DNA of 64,000 nt. Origin: Fistulifera solaris (lineage: Eukaryota). Location: NCBI GenBank assembly GCA_030295235.1, contig AP026141.1, forward strand, positions 620,001-684,000. The letters are read 5' to 3'. Below the pieces are notes generated by a model. The model saw only the letters and a list, made by a program, of their open reading frames with translations, had not been told where the DNA came from and ran no database searches. Both the position numbers and the translations under genes were made by a program. Positions 25,072-37,761 of the stretch are shown piece after piece (within the stretch, counting starts at the first letter, position 1; every line of letters begins with the position of its first letter).

Positions 25072-26364
25072 CTAGTTTTTGACAAACAAGTAATGCGAGA
25101 CAATCCATTCTTCACCTTGGTCATAACCCCATAGTTCCGCACACGCCAAGAAAAACAATCGCCAGTTCACATACCATTCCCTCTCCTTACCGACACCGTA
25201 CGCTTCTTGCAAAACAGGTCCGAGTTTGCCATTGCGCCAATTCTGGTCCAGCATACGCAACCATCCATTCGATGTCTTCTCGTAATGCTGTCCATTCACA
25301 CGCCAATGCTCCTGAATACCCAACGAGGCCGTACCGGCAAAATACAAAAGCAAATCATCGCTCGGCATAGTACCGCCAGTGAAAAAGTTATCACTCATCC
25401 ACCCTTGTTCAAAGTGGTACGCGTAATCTTTGTGGGTGAAAATGTGTACAAACAATTTGCCGCCCGGCTTCAAAAAAGCCTTGCACTTTTTGCAGCAAGG
25501 ATTGATAGTTTTTCATATGCTCCAACATTTCAATCGTCATGACGCGATCGTTGTCACGTACTACTTGCAAGGCACCTTGATCGTCGGCGACATTGCACTT
25601 GTGTGTGAAACGAAATGAGAACCAGCATCGGTCGAGAAATTTCACATAATGTTACAAGACATCTATTCTCTTGCTTACCGTAATGACTTGAATGTTCTGT
25701 ACATTCAGACCACGAGCCGCCGCCGTGCTTAGAATATACTCACGCTGCGAGTGACTGTTCGAAATGGAAGTAATCTTCGCGTTCGGATACTTGGCCGCCA
25801 AGAACAAGGTCAAACTACCCCAGCCGCAACCTAGATCCACAATTTTCATGCCATCTTGCAACTCCGCTCGTTGACAGTACAACTCGAGCATGTGCAATTC
25901 CGATTCTTCAAAGGTCGTTTGCGGCGTCGGCCAGTAACCCGAAGAATACTTTTGCAAGGCCCCAAACACAAATCATAGAACGCCGCCGGCACTTCATAAT
26001 GCTGTTCATTCGCCGCTGTCGTTTCAATCGCAATCGGTTGCTGACGAAGTTGTTGAATAATCTTCATTTTCGTCGTCATGTCGTCTTGACAACTAATTCC
26101 TTGCAGAATGTGCAAATGATCGCGCAATTGCAAACGAATGCCCCAACGAATGACAAAGTCGGGAATCAATCCCATGTGAATGAGAGGAATGAAGGATTCC
26201 GTGAGTGCCGAAAGTTGACTCAAGATACGCTTCGTGAGCGATTGATAGAAACGCGTCGATGTGAGGAGACGACCAGCTGCGTAAAGAATCACCCAGTGAT
26301 GCAATTTGACATTGTCGTACTTATTGCGGACAAGTCCGATCGTTTGAGCGAATTGAAGTGACAT
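25072..26364 (-). CDS. SAM-dependent methyltransferase, coclaurine N-methyltransferase-like / CFA-synthase superfamily
   Basis: IAIETTAANEQHYEVP, KYSSGYW, VDLGCGWGSL, SNSHSQREYI, IEMLEHMKNY, FFTGGTMPS, WRLFFLACAELWGY. Intron 25598-25678; indels near 25965 and 25475. Confidence 0.88.
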
Positions 26365-27175
26365 GCTGTTGCTGATAGGAAAGAATAATTGTCAACTAAC
26401 AACAAACATCTATCATAGGACGTGATGAGCAAGAACACATAACACCAGGTGTTGTTGAGTTCATTGTTCATTTGCGTTCGCGGATGACGCGAAATTTCGA
26501 TGATCGGAAGAGGCCGAAAGTACGTCATAATCAAATTGTCGCTCCGTGACTCACAACGTCGACGGTTATAGAAGGCTGTTTCATGATTGGGTAAGTCACA
26601 GAAGCCGAAACAATAACTTCGTCCGAAATGAATCTAAAGTGAATCTCAAAAATTTATACTGAGTAGACATCAAGACGTCAAGAGTCAAGACGCCAAAACG
26701 TAATCATGTCTCTTATTTGTCTCACTTTTAGTCGTCGAATCCAACCGCAGTACAGGTACATGAGGAAGCTTGAAGTATAGACAAAAAAGTCTACATCATG
26801 ACGACAGACGAAAAAGCTCAAGATTCGATGTAGCAACAGATCGCGGGAAGCCCGTCCACAAAAATGGCCAGATCATCGAATCTTCTCAAAATGAATCTCA
26901 AACGAACTTTGCTTGGCCTAAGTATCTTACCTTTTTTGGAAAAGCTTTACACTTAAGTATCATGGTATCTTCCGAGAGTGTCGTCGGAACAGTAGATAAA
27001 AGGTTTTGCGCCAAAACTGGGCCATGCTCACCTCATTCATCTTTTGCCTTCACCCTTTCCTTTCACAATTTGGCCTTTTTGGCTCTCATAAATTTCTCCG
27101 CGATCCAAGTCAGTTGCATTTGACTTTCATCGTGTCGCACAAAGTATTCAGCAGCCACCAAGAATCGAATCAAAA

Positions 27176-29757
27176 ATGAAGTTCTCACCCTTGTGTGTTA
27201 CCAGTCTGTGGATTGTTCCTTCCTTGACGGGCGCTCGTATTCTGGGAACCGGAAACGGCCAAGAGGAAGCTCATCCCGAAGGACGTGTGTGTCGCAATGG
27301 GGCACCACTCACTTGGAGTCCGGCGACGCAAGCCGTACTTTCCAACATGGGATACGCCGAAGACATTCTCCAAGCTCTCGAGTTGTATGCCGATGGTTTC
27401 ACCATTGGATCGACGCAAGAACTCATTGTGGAAGCTCAAGATGCCGCCGTGTCTGGTGCCACTGTTCGCGATGGACAAGCCGGAGACACCGACTTTCCAT
27501 TCGGTGACATCAAACCGATTGTCACCATGGGAGAACGCAGTGTGTGCTCGGAATCCATGGGACAGACCGTGGTGGGAAAACCTGATGGTATGGGTGCTTA
27601 CTTGCTGAACGAAAGAACTGTTCGAGTCATCTATCAGAGTGAATCCTACGGACCGCTGGAGGCCAATGAAGCGTAAGTTGTTGTATGATTATGAGTCGTT
27701 TGCTGGATAATAATTGTGCTCACACAAAACTGTCTGCAGACGCGCATACCCTGTTAATAATGGCGAAGCCATGATTGGAGGATCGCACATTGCCGGTATC
27801 GACTACGATCGTGAAAAGTTATCACGTTTCATGAACAACAACGGACCCGCCTCCAATATGGTCGTTGGTTTCGACAGTATGATCGAAAAAGCATACAACC
27901 TCCGTGGTGAACCATTGGGTCCTCGTATGGAAGGAAACACCACCGTCGGTGCGCACTTGAGTAACACGGATGCCAACGGTCAATGGGCTGTAGAGGCTTT
28001 GCCTCGAATCGAGTACGACTGGTTTTATCAGTCACTTTGCTCGGCGCACATGGAAGAAGCATACCAGTGGGGACCGGGTATCGGTTTGAAGGATGATCTC
28101 TTTATCACCAATGAAGAGTGGCACGCATTCGACAATGTCACCAACTTTGTTGGAAACTCGGTACGTAAAGTAAATCGAAAGACACCGCGCAGGGCCGCAG
28201 GTTGCTCACATTTTTGTTTTGGTTGTGAATACTTGTAGGTCCATGTGCTAGATGTTAAAAAGAAGTCGCTTTATGCGGCAGGTGTATTTTCGTTGGGAGG
28301 ATTTGAGAAGCTGGCCGAAATCAACCCGCAAAGTCCGGATCATGTCATGTTTGGTGTTTCGGGTATGTCAAACATTTTTCGCTTGTTCTCACGTGCTATC
28401 TGACTTATTTTTCCTAATGTTCTGTTCGAATTATAATTTGCAGGATACAATGGCGATTACAGCGGATATCATCCAGCCCTGTTGGCCCGTCAAGAAGAAT
28501 ACGGCCTCCGCCCCGATGGCAACGAATACGTCTGGTGCAACAATATTGTCCCGTACCGCATGTACGTCGGTGTCAAAGGCTTGATGGAAGACGGCAGCCG
28601 CGCCCCCGATGACGACTTTTTGGCCCGCAACGGTCTCCGGTACGGTCAAGTCTACGGGTTTGCCATTGACATGACCGAGGATGGTCCTACGCAGGGAATG
28701 TGGCGTGATGAATTTCACAGCAACGCGACATTTGCGTACAACGGTGCCAAGGTTGAAGGCAAATGGGTCGCACAACCTTGGAAATGGGATGGCGAAGTTC
28801 GTAACTTTGAGCACGATGGGTCGTGGGATTTCCAATTGCCGGTTCCAGGAATGAAGGATTACAAGTGGTGGAACAGTGCGGGCTACGATGAGGGCGGTGC
28901 CAAGACGGAGCATTTGTCGCCGGTATGTGTCAATAGTTGATTGTTGTGAAGTCGTATTGTGCTATTTTTTGACAGTTTGTCGATGCATCCATCCTTTTCT
29001 TCTCCAGGACGTTCGCCCTGGAAAAACCGGTTTCATTCAGGGCAGTACCGCCGGCTACTTTGGTCATTTGTACGTCTTGGACGTCGAAGATGTCTTGAAA
29101 GGTGTTTCCGGCAAGGAACTCCCAAAATCCTTCGACGGAGAGTACTACGTCTATCAGGGTGAATTGGATGTCACGAAACAAATTGAACTCGGTGGCAAAT
29201 TCCGATACACGGATGACGCGGACGGGAACCGCCGCGATGCGACACGCAACTGGGATAGCACGGACGAAGACGGCAAAGTGACCTTTGAAGACATTGATGG
29301 CCTCGAAGTGGTGTATACGCCCACGGGCATGCACGCCGTGTTGCAAGAAGACTCGGGCAATCGTTTGGGAGAACGTTGTTTGATTTCCAGTGAGCTGGAA
29401 CACGAAGACGACGGCAAGGAACTGACGTATTACATGGTAGCCATGTCGGGCGGTGCGGAAAACACGCGTATGATGGCAGGCGTCGGTATCCCTGCGGGTT
29501 CGAACAAGGAAGCTGGTTCTCACGAATTTTCCGGTGTGTTTGATTTGTCGGGTTTGCTGCGAAAATCACGCGGTTCTTTCGCTTTGGGTGCAAACGAAAA
29601 GGGTTACCGCAAGCGTGAAGAAGATGCGAAAGTCGAATTGAATGACAAATACATTATGATTAATGTACAAGCAGCCAATTTCGAACACGGTGCCTTGAAA
29701 CACTTTGGCGCGGATACCGGCGGTCAAATTATGATTTACAAACCTCGTTTGCCTTGA
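27176..29757 (+). CDS. Secreted atypical alkaline phosphatase, PhoX/DUF839-like
   Basis: Signal peptide; PDGMGAY, SLCSAH...LFITNEEW, FEDIDGLE, LQEDSG. Four GT-AG introns (27673-27739, ~28161-28238, ~28363-28443, ~28923-29007). Family call is from motif resemblance. Confidence 0.7.
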
Positions 29758-30083
29758 GCTGTTTCGCTTGCTAATACAGAATGTAGCAAGCTATGATATG
29801 ATAACATCAGTAACATGAAATAATGAAAGTAAAGCAATCAATCTCATCGTATTTCTCAATCATCACTTTTTTGTTGCTGCGAAATAAATTCAGTTAAGGG
29901 TAAAGGTTTAATTCCTTTTTACTATAAGCATTAATGTTGCAGGCTTATCTTTCACGACCTCCTCAACAGGATATCAGTCCCGGTACTTGATTCATCAAAA
30001 AATCAATCATAAAAAACTCGTTTCAATCGGTATGTTTGACTATTTTTATGAGGTAAAACAGTTTTAGTGGTCGTATACGCTAA

Positions 30084-33071
30084 TTACACGACGTTCGACG
30101 ACACTTGGGACTGTGCAAATTGTTGTGCAGCTGCCAAAACCACGGATAGATCCTCGCATTCCTTGGCTTGACCTTGGGCACTTCCCGCTTTTCCGCCACC
30201 ACGTCCGCCACAGGGTGCCAATGCCGCCTGAATCCAAGCATCGGCACGGAATCCTTGGTCCACGAGTGCATCGGGGACGACACAAAAGGCGAATACTTTG
30301 GAGCCTTCTTGACTTAATCCCAAGAATGCCTTGGTTGGTGCCAGAGATTGAACTGTATTCAGAACACGTTGTGACGCTTTTGAATCACCACCAATGTCGA
30401 CTTGCAGTACCAGCGCCTTTTCGTCTTCCGCGACTTGACCAATTTGCTGTTCCAGTTGAACCAATGCCTTGTCTACTTTTTTGTTGTAAGAGTTTCTTCT
30501 GTGCTTCATTCGCTGCTTTCTGGATGCTTTCCAAACGCGCTCGTAATGAAACTTTCAATGCCGCCGACATGATGGTACTATCCACTTGTTTGCGCAATGC
30601 ACCCGCAACTTCGCCGTCGGGTTGCTTCTCCAACTGTAATACTTGTTCTTCCAACGCTTTCCCTTGATGCAAAGCTTCCACCGCGGCCTGTTGTGTGACG
30701 GCCGTGATACGACGAATACCCTTGGCCACAGCTGTTTCTTCAATCAGACAGAACGATTTTGCTTCACCAGTACGCTTCACATGGGTGCCTCCACAGAATT
30801 CAATGGAAGTGTCTTCCCCCACGCTGATGACTCGTACCGGATCAGGATACACCTCACCAAAAACGGCGCGGACGCCGTTCAATGCTTGTGCTTCGGCCAG
30901 TGGTAGCACTTGACTCGACACTGCAACATCGTCTGCCACCACGGCCTGACAAGAAGATTCAATCGCTTGCAGTTGCTCCACATTCAATGCCTTGTTGTAA
31001 CTAAAATCAAAACGTAACTTCTCGTCATTGCACAAACTACCTCGTTGATCTACGGAATCACCAAGGACTTGACGGAGGGCCGCGTTCAGTACGTGGGTCA
31101 TGCTGTGATTGGGTGCAATGCGTTGACGACGCTCATAATCGACACGACACGTGACGGATTGTCCGACTTGCAATTGTTGTGACGATCCAGTCCACTTGAC
31201 TACACCTTCGTGCACAACAAATCCAGCATACGATTGCACGTCATTTACATAAAAATGGCCAACAACCTGATTCGAATCATCCATGATATCTAAAACTCCC
31301 TTGTCGGTTTCTTGTCCACCAGCCACCGCGTAAAAAGATGACTTGTCTAAAATCAGTCCGACGGTAGCACCGTCGGGTGCACTTTCATCCGCCGCCACAA
31401 ATCCATCACTCGTATAAATGGCCTTGACCGTGGCGGGTAACTCAACGTCCCAATCGTATTTGAAACTATCGTCCGTGGGCAAAATATCGTTTTGTCGCAA
31501 CCATGCCGTTTGTTCCGCTTGTAATTCACCCAATACATCACCTTGACTGTTGTTGTTGCGGGCTTGTTTTTGAGCCTGTCGCGAGCGTTTTTTCTGTTCT
31601 TGCATAGCTTGATCAAAGCCTTGTGTGTCGACCGTAAATCCAGCCTCCTGTGCCATCAGTTGCGTCAAATCCAATGGAAAGCCGAGTGTATCATAAAGGT
31701 AAAACGCTTGCTTGCCCGGAATAATCTTAATTGCTTCGCTACCAGCAGTGGCTACAATTTCCTGCTCAAAGTATTGAATACCACGTTGCAACATGGAACC
31801 AAAAGCTTCTTCTTCCTCCTTAATAACTTGAATAATATGCTTTTCTTGCTGTTTCCAGTTCCGGAAAGGCATCTCCAAACGTTTGCACGACAATCGGAAC
31901 AAGTTCCGCCATGAACCCGGACGGCAATTGTAGAATTTGTTGTCCATAGCGTGCCGCGCGACGAAGAATACGCCGTAAAACATATCCACGTCCTTCATTG
32001 TTGGGAATGACCCCATCCGCAATCGCGAAACTCAACGTACGAGCATGATCGGCAATCGCTCGATACGCGGTATCATGAAAATCGGCATCGTCGGCTCCCA
32101 ATTTCCCCGCATACGGCCGTGCGGTAGGACTCTTGGCTTGCAACGCCTCAAACAAAGGTTGGAAGCAATCAATGTCGTAATTACTGGACTTTTGTTGCAA
32201 AATGGAAGTCAATCGTTCCAATCCCATACCCGTATCAATGTGTTTGGCGGGTAAAGTAGACAATTCCGTCGGTCCTTCCCGATTGAATTGAATAAAGACA
32301 ATGTTCCATATTTCAATGACATTCGGATCATCTTGATTGACCAGAGCACTCGCATCCCTCCCATTCCCAATCCGATCGTAATGAATTTCACTGCACGGAC
32401 CACAGGGACCGACATCTCCCATTTCCCAAAAGTTATCCCGGGCCGGACACGCAATGACTTTGTGGGCCGGCAAATACTGCAACCAATAATCACGAGCGTC
32501 AATATCGGCCGGAATTTGTTCGTTGCCTTCAAAATAGGTGGCATACAAGTTTTCGGGATTCAAGGCATACACGCGCGTCAACAAATCCCACGCCATATCG
32601 ATGGCTTCTTTTTTGAAATAATTCCCAAACGACCAAGTTCCCAACATTTCAAAAAGGTATGATGATAAGTATCACGTCCGACATCTTCCAAATCATTGTG
32701 TTTGCCGCCGGCGCGGATGCATTTTTGGGAATTGACGGCGCGCTGTAATTTTGCTAAAGGACTGGTCGGATCGACTTGTCCCAAGAAGATGGGTTTAAAT
32801 TGATTCATTCCGGCATTTGTAAACAGCAACGTTGGATCATTGAGGGGAGCACAGGCAGAACTGGGGACCATCGTATGATTGTGTTGCTTTTCAAAGTATT
32901 CGACGAATGTCGAACGAACTTTTCGGTGGACCATTCGAGAGAAGAAGTGCTAGAGAAACGAGTCATGCGATTGACTCGGCTGTTCGGGATTCCCCAGGGT
33001 CGAAAAGCAGATGATCGTCGAACGACGAGTGTCGTCCACAACAACATGATACTATTCGAGATACTTTTCAT
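30084..33071 (-). CDS. alaS: Alanyl-tRNA synthetase with N-terminal organellar presequence
   Basis: [52 protein letters not shown], editing-domain [15 protein letters not shown] and C-Ala GGRGGGK. Several homopolymer indels (~32930, 32652, 31850, 30480). Confidence 0.95.
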
Positions 33072-33354
33072 CCTCAAGAAGAAAATGAACAAGATTGATT
33101 TGCGCAGAAAGCGATCAAGTCGTATCGATTAGTCTCCTACTAATCCTTGTCAATGGTGAAGGATATGATATTCCTAGTCGAATCGCTCCTGTTCAAGAAC
33201 AACATCAACATCATTCGAAGGAATGCGTTGTTTTTGTTTTTTCTTTCTTCGCGGTTGTATGTGTGGTGGAAGTGTTGGCGAACTGACGCACTCGCCTGTC
33301 CGTCACCACGTCGCACATGTCATGTTCTTGACTGCAAGCCAGTCACGTCATCCT

Positions 33355-35720
33355 AAAAACCAACACACTGGGTCACAGTAAAAGAGCGAAAAGAAAGACG
33401 CGCCGAGACATGAACGACAATCGTCCCGAATTACAATTGGCTAGCAACAACATCATAAGCTTGCCATTTTACGTCGACGTGTACTTGATTTTAGCTCGGA
33501 AAGCACCATCAATTATCAAGGCTGACGTCAAAAATATAACTGAGCGTGACTGCAATTTAGTATTTGCCCACTTCATCTGTCCCATCTTAACAATCAAAGT
33601 ATGATCCATCGCCTCGCCTCCGAGCTGGTGCGAACGCTGTAAATGCCCCAAAAAAGCCAAGTTATTCATAGCACAGCGGTCCTTGTTTACGGAACAAGCA
33701 ATTTGCGTTCCAGGCGGAAGTACAGAAAGATCGTGGTTCTGGATGACACGTTTGGACAGAGCCTTGTAATCCTTGGGTAGAAGTTAACCAACACACTGTG
33801 TCATAGTAAAATCTAGAAAACCAAAATACGCATAGACATCAACGATAGTCGTCCCAAAGAGCATTCTGCTACCAAAAACATCATAAGCTAATTATTTCAG
33901 GTCAACGTCTTTTTTAGTTTTAGCTCGGAAAGCACCATCAATCATCAAGGGTGACGTCCGAAAAATCATTGAGCGTGACCGCATTCCAGTCACGGTTTCT
34001 GTAAACCAACACATCGGGCCATATTAAAATTTAGAAAACAAAAATACACCTAGACATGAACGATAGTCGTCCCGAATAGCATTCTGCTAGCAAAAACATC
34101 ATAAGCTTGTCAACGTCTTTTTAGTTTTAGCTCGGAAAGCACCATCAATCATCAAGGGTGACGTCCGAAAAATCATTGAGCGTGACCGCATTCCAGTCAC
34201 GGTTTCTGTAAACCAACACATCGGGCCATATTAAAATTTAGAAAACAAAAATACACCTAGACATGAACGATAGTCGTCCCGAATAGCATTCTGCTAGCAA
34301 AAACATCATAAGCTTGTCAACGTCTTTTTAGTTTTAGCTCGGAAAGCACCATCAATCATCAAGGGTGACGTCCGAAAAATCATTGAGCGTGACCGCATTC
34401 CAGTCACGGTTTCTGTAAACCAACACATCGGGCCATATTAAAATTTAGAAAACAAAAATACACCTAGACATGAACGATAGTTGTCCCGAATAGCATTCTG
34501 CTAGTAAGAACATCATAAGCTAATTATTTCAGGTCAACGTCTTTCATCAAGGGTGACGTCCGAAAAATCATTGAGCGTGACCGCATTCCAGTCACGGATT
34601 CTGTAAACCTACCCATTGGGCCATAGTAAAAATGCGAAAAGAATAACACACATAGACATGAACGATAGTTGTTCCGAATAGCATTCTGCTAAGAAAAACA
34701 TCATAAGCTAATTATTTCAGGTCAACGTCTTTTTTAGTTTTAGCTCGGAAAGCACCATCAATCATCAAGGGTGACGTCCGAAAAATCATTGAGCGTGACT
34801 GCATTCCAGTCACGGATTCTGTAAACCTACCCATTGGGCCATAGTAAAATTTAGAAAACAAAAATACACATAGACATGAACGATAGTCGTCCCGAATACC
34901 ATTCTGCTAGCAAAAACATCATAAGCTAATTATTTCAGGTCAACGTCTTTTTTAATATTAGCTCGGAATAAAGCACCATCAATCATCAAGGGTGACGTCC
35001 GAAAAATCATTGAGCGTGAACGCATTCCAGTCACGGTTTCTGTAAACTTACACAGTGGGCCATAGTAAAATTTAGCAAACGAAAATACACATAGACATGA
35101 ACGATAGTTGTCCCGAATAGCATTCTGCTAGCAAAAACATCATAAGCTAATTATTTCAGGTCAACGTCTTTTTTAGTTTTAGCTCGGAATAAAGCACCAT
35201 CAATCATCAAGGGTGACGTCCGAAAAATCATTGAGCGTGACTGCATTCCAGTCACGGATTCTGTAAACCTACCCATTGGGCCATAGTAAAATTTAGAAAA
35301 CAAAAATACACCTAGACATGAACGATAGTCGTCCCGAATAGCATTCTGCTAGCAAAAACATCATAAGCTTGTCAACGTCTTTTTAGTTTTAGCTCGGAAA
35401 ACACCATCAATCATCAAGGGTGACGTCCGAAAAATCATTGAGCGTGACCGCATCTCAGTCACGGTTTCTGTAAACTAACACAGTCGGCCATAGTATAAAT
35501 GCTAAAATATTTAGTCGTCCCGAAGAGCATTCTGCCAGCAACACATTAATAGCTTATCATTTCACTTTAATTTATTAGCAATCTTTGTTCGACGCTCACT
35601 TTACATATCAGTGGGATTGGAATCCTTGGTTCTAGTAAATTGGACTGGAGTTGTATTGGTTATTGTAAACTGCAAGAGCATTACAAGAACCAATGAACGA
35701 TAGTCGTCCCAAACTACATC
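33355..35720. repeat. Satellite array, 208-221-bp unit, ~8 well-conserved copies with degenerate flanking copies
   Basis: TAGACATGAACGATAG recurs at ~34050, 34258, 34465, 34653, 34871, 35092 and 35313. Diverged copies at ~33360-33560, ~33790-33900 and ~35690. Confidence 0.97.
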
Positions 35721-35870
35721 CTGCTTGACAATCACATCAGTGCGTATCTATACATCATTTTTCACCTTATTCTCGATCTACATTCCATAGTTTCGTCACA
35801 GTTTTTCAATTCTTTCATCTTTCTCCCTAGCGAACGATCGAGAGCATTAGCTAATCTGCTGCGCTTTTAA

Positions 35871-36266
35871 CTAGAACCACCAGTACAACAATAGTAGCAG
35901 TATCACACTCGTCACTACTTTCGGATGTTCTTTGACTTGTTGCATCAATGGCCGATCGCGAGATAACAGCCGCATCCGATCGTCGTCGTCGCCCATGTGA
36001 ATCAAGGATTGTACTTGTTCGCGTAGCAAACGTCCGGCGTTGTTGTCAAGTAATACAATGTGTCCGCCGGATTCTATATCTGGTGTGATAATATTCGATG
36101 ACAGCGTTGTCTTGGAATGTTGATAACTACTGCCGTGATAGACATCCTCCGTTGCCGTCGTATTATTCCGTGCCTGTTGTTGCTGTTGCTGAAAGACTTC
36201 TTCAAACTGTTTTCGTTTCTCGTCTCGAACGGCTTTCTTCACTTCGACGGGTGATGCAGGTATCAT
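35871..36266 (-). CDS. Small hypothetical protein with C-terminal hydrophobic anchor
   Basis: 131-aa ATG-initiated ORF ending VVTSVILLLLLYWWF; no family recognised. Confidence 0.45.
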   Translation of the reverse strand: MIPASPVEVKKAVRDEKRKQFEEVFQQQQQQARNNTTATEDVYHGSSYQHSKTTLSSNIITPDIESGGHIVLLDNNAGRLLREQVQSLIHMGDDDDRMRLLSRDRPLMQQVKEHPKVVTSVILLLLLYWWF

Positions 36267-36574
36267 AATTTAGGTAAAATAAATAGTTGGATGAATAAAG
36301 GCATGGCCCGGAGTGCTGAAACCAGTTTTTGCGGTTCGTCGATGATTTATTCCTCTCTCTCTACGCGACTCGTTCCTTAATTGTGCAAAGCCGTGCTAAT
36401 ATTCGTCGTCTTTATTCAAGCAAATGAAATAATAAGAAAAAGACAGCAAGCATTATGCTTATGGGAATGAGAAGTGCGATCCGATCAGCGACGACTTTCG
36501 ACTTTCGACTACTCCGTATTTATTTGCACGCAATAAATAAAAACTTTTGGAGGCGCCGGCGCTTGTGCTTTTTT

Positions 36575-36912
36575 CCCTGTCCAGAAAATGTGGGCGAGTG
36601 CTATTTCACGTTGCCAGAAAATGTGGGCGAGTACTTTTTTACTTGTCCAGAAAATGTGGCCGTGTTTGTTTTACGTTGCCAGAGAATGTGGGCGAGTGCT
36701 ATTTCACGTTGCCAGAAAATGTGGGGGATTTGCTATTTCACGTTGCCAGAAAATGTGGGTGAGTGATGTTTTACGTTGCCAGAAAATGTGCGGAAGTGCC
36801 ATTTCACAATGCCAGAAAATATGTGGGTCCTTTTTCCACGTTTGTCCAGAAAATGTGGGCGTGTGCGTGTCCAGAAATGTGGGCGTTGCTATTTCAAGTT
36901 GCCAGAAAATAA
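36575..36912. repeat. Minisatellite, ~33-bp unit (CCAGAAAATGTGGGCGAGTGCTATTTCACGTTG), 11 copies
   Basis: Core at 36581, 36614, 36647, 36679, 36712, 36746, 36779, 36812, 36846, 36871 and 36902. Confidence 0.95.
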
Positions 36913-37347
36913 AAATTTGGAGATGATGCGAGATTGCGAGGACGCTGACAAAAAATAGGTGCACATAATCATGTTGCATTCTTCCTTCTATCAACAGCAA
37001 TGCTTTTTTTCTAATAGGATTGGTGCAAAGAGAGGTTTCGGAGCGAACCTTCGTGATTTTAGACAGGAATGACAGCCGGGATAGAAATTTCGAACGTGTT
37101 TTTCAGTTAACATAACCGAATGAAGACTTGCGTGAATACTCTTCTTCTAAATAAGAAGAAACAGATTTCAATTCATGGTTTCGATCAGGATTCGTTGGAT
37201 ACGAGAGCGATCGTGTTTTTCGCTCGATGATGAGCGATGCCGTGGAACGAATTTACAAAGTAATGTAGCGACAAAGTGCCTTTGCATTTCACAAATTTCG
37301 ATAATCCTGACTTCTACTTCTCCCAACAATCGATCGAGACAATCAAC

Positions 37348-37634
37348 ATGAGCAAAATCAAGCGAAGCGAAACGGATAAACCTCACGTGGTTGTTTATCA
37401 TCACCATCATTTCTATCATGCAAGTGAGGACGACGGCGTGCCTTTTCCGATGGGACCCGTGTTGAAAAAGAACAAATCGACGACGACGCCTCCCGCATCC
37501 GAAAAGTCAACGCCTCCGGCACCCGAGCCGACAAATACAACTTCTCATCATCAAAGCAAAAGGAATGGCTAGCGCAACGCAAACAAGAATTGTACGAGTC
37601 GTACAAGTCGGGTCAGATGTTTGGGAAGAAGTAA
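37348..37634 (+). CDS. Small hypothetical low-complexity protein (His-rich motif VVVYHHHHFYH)
   Basis: MSKIKRSETDKPHVVVYHHHHFYH..., possibly continuing by one indel into KQKEWLAQRKQELYESYKSGQMFGKK*. Confidence 0.4.
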
Positions 37635-37761
37635 AAGCGATGATGAACGACTAAGGAGCTTACGAAATAGGCTCATCGTGTAAAGATGCAACTCATAGTG
37701 ATGAATTAAAAACTAAGGTTTCAATAATTCATTGTTGTTCCTGAAGTCGTTTGTACGTTGC

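Noticed and set aside
30084..33071. Pseudogene status for AlaRS and other frameshifted genes
   Set aside because: Breaks fall in homopolymers, motifs are intact and the genes are essential; sequencing error is more parsimonious.
33830..35500. Hammerhead-ribozyme satellite or 5S/snRNA array
   Set aside because: No CTGANGA...GAAA core on either strand (nearest is TTGATGA) and no recognisable 5S or snRNA sequence.
36575..36912. CRISPR-like regularly spaced repeat
   Set aside because: The 'spacers' are homologous to each other, the unit is only ~33 bp, there are no cas genes and the context is eukaryotic.
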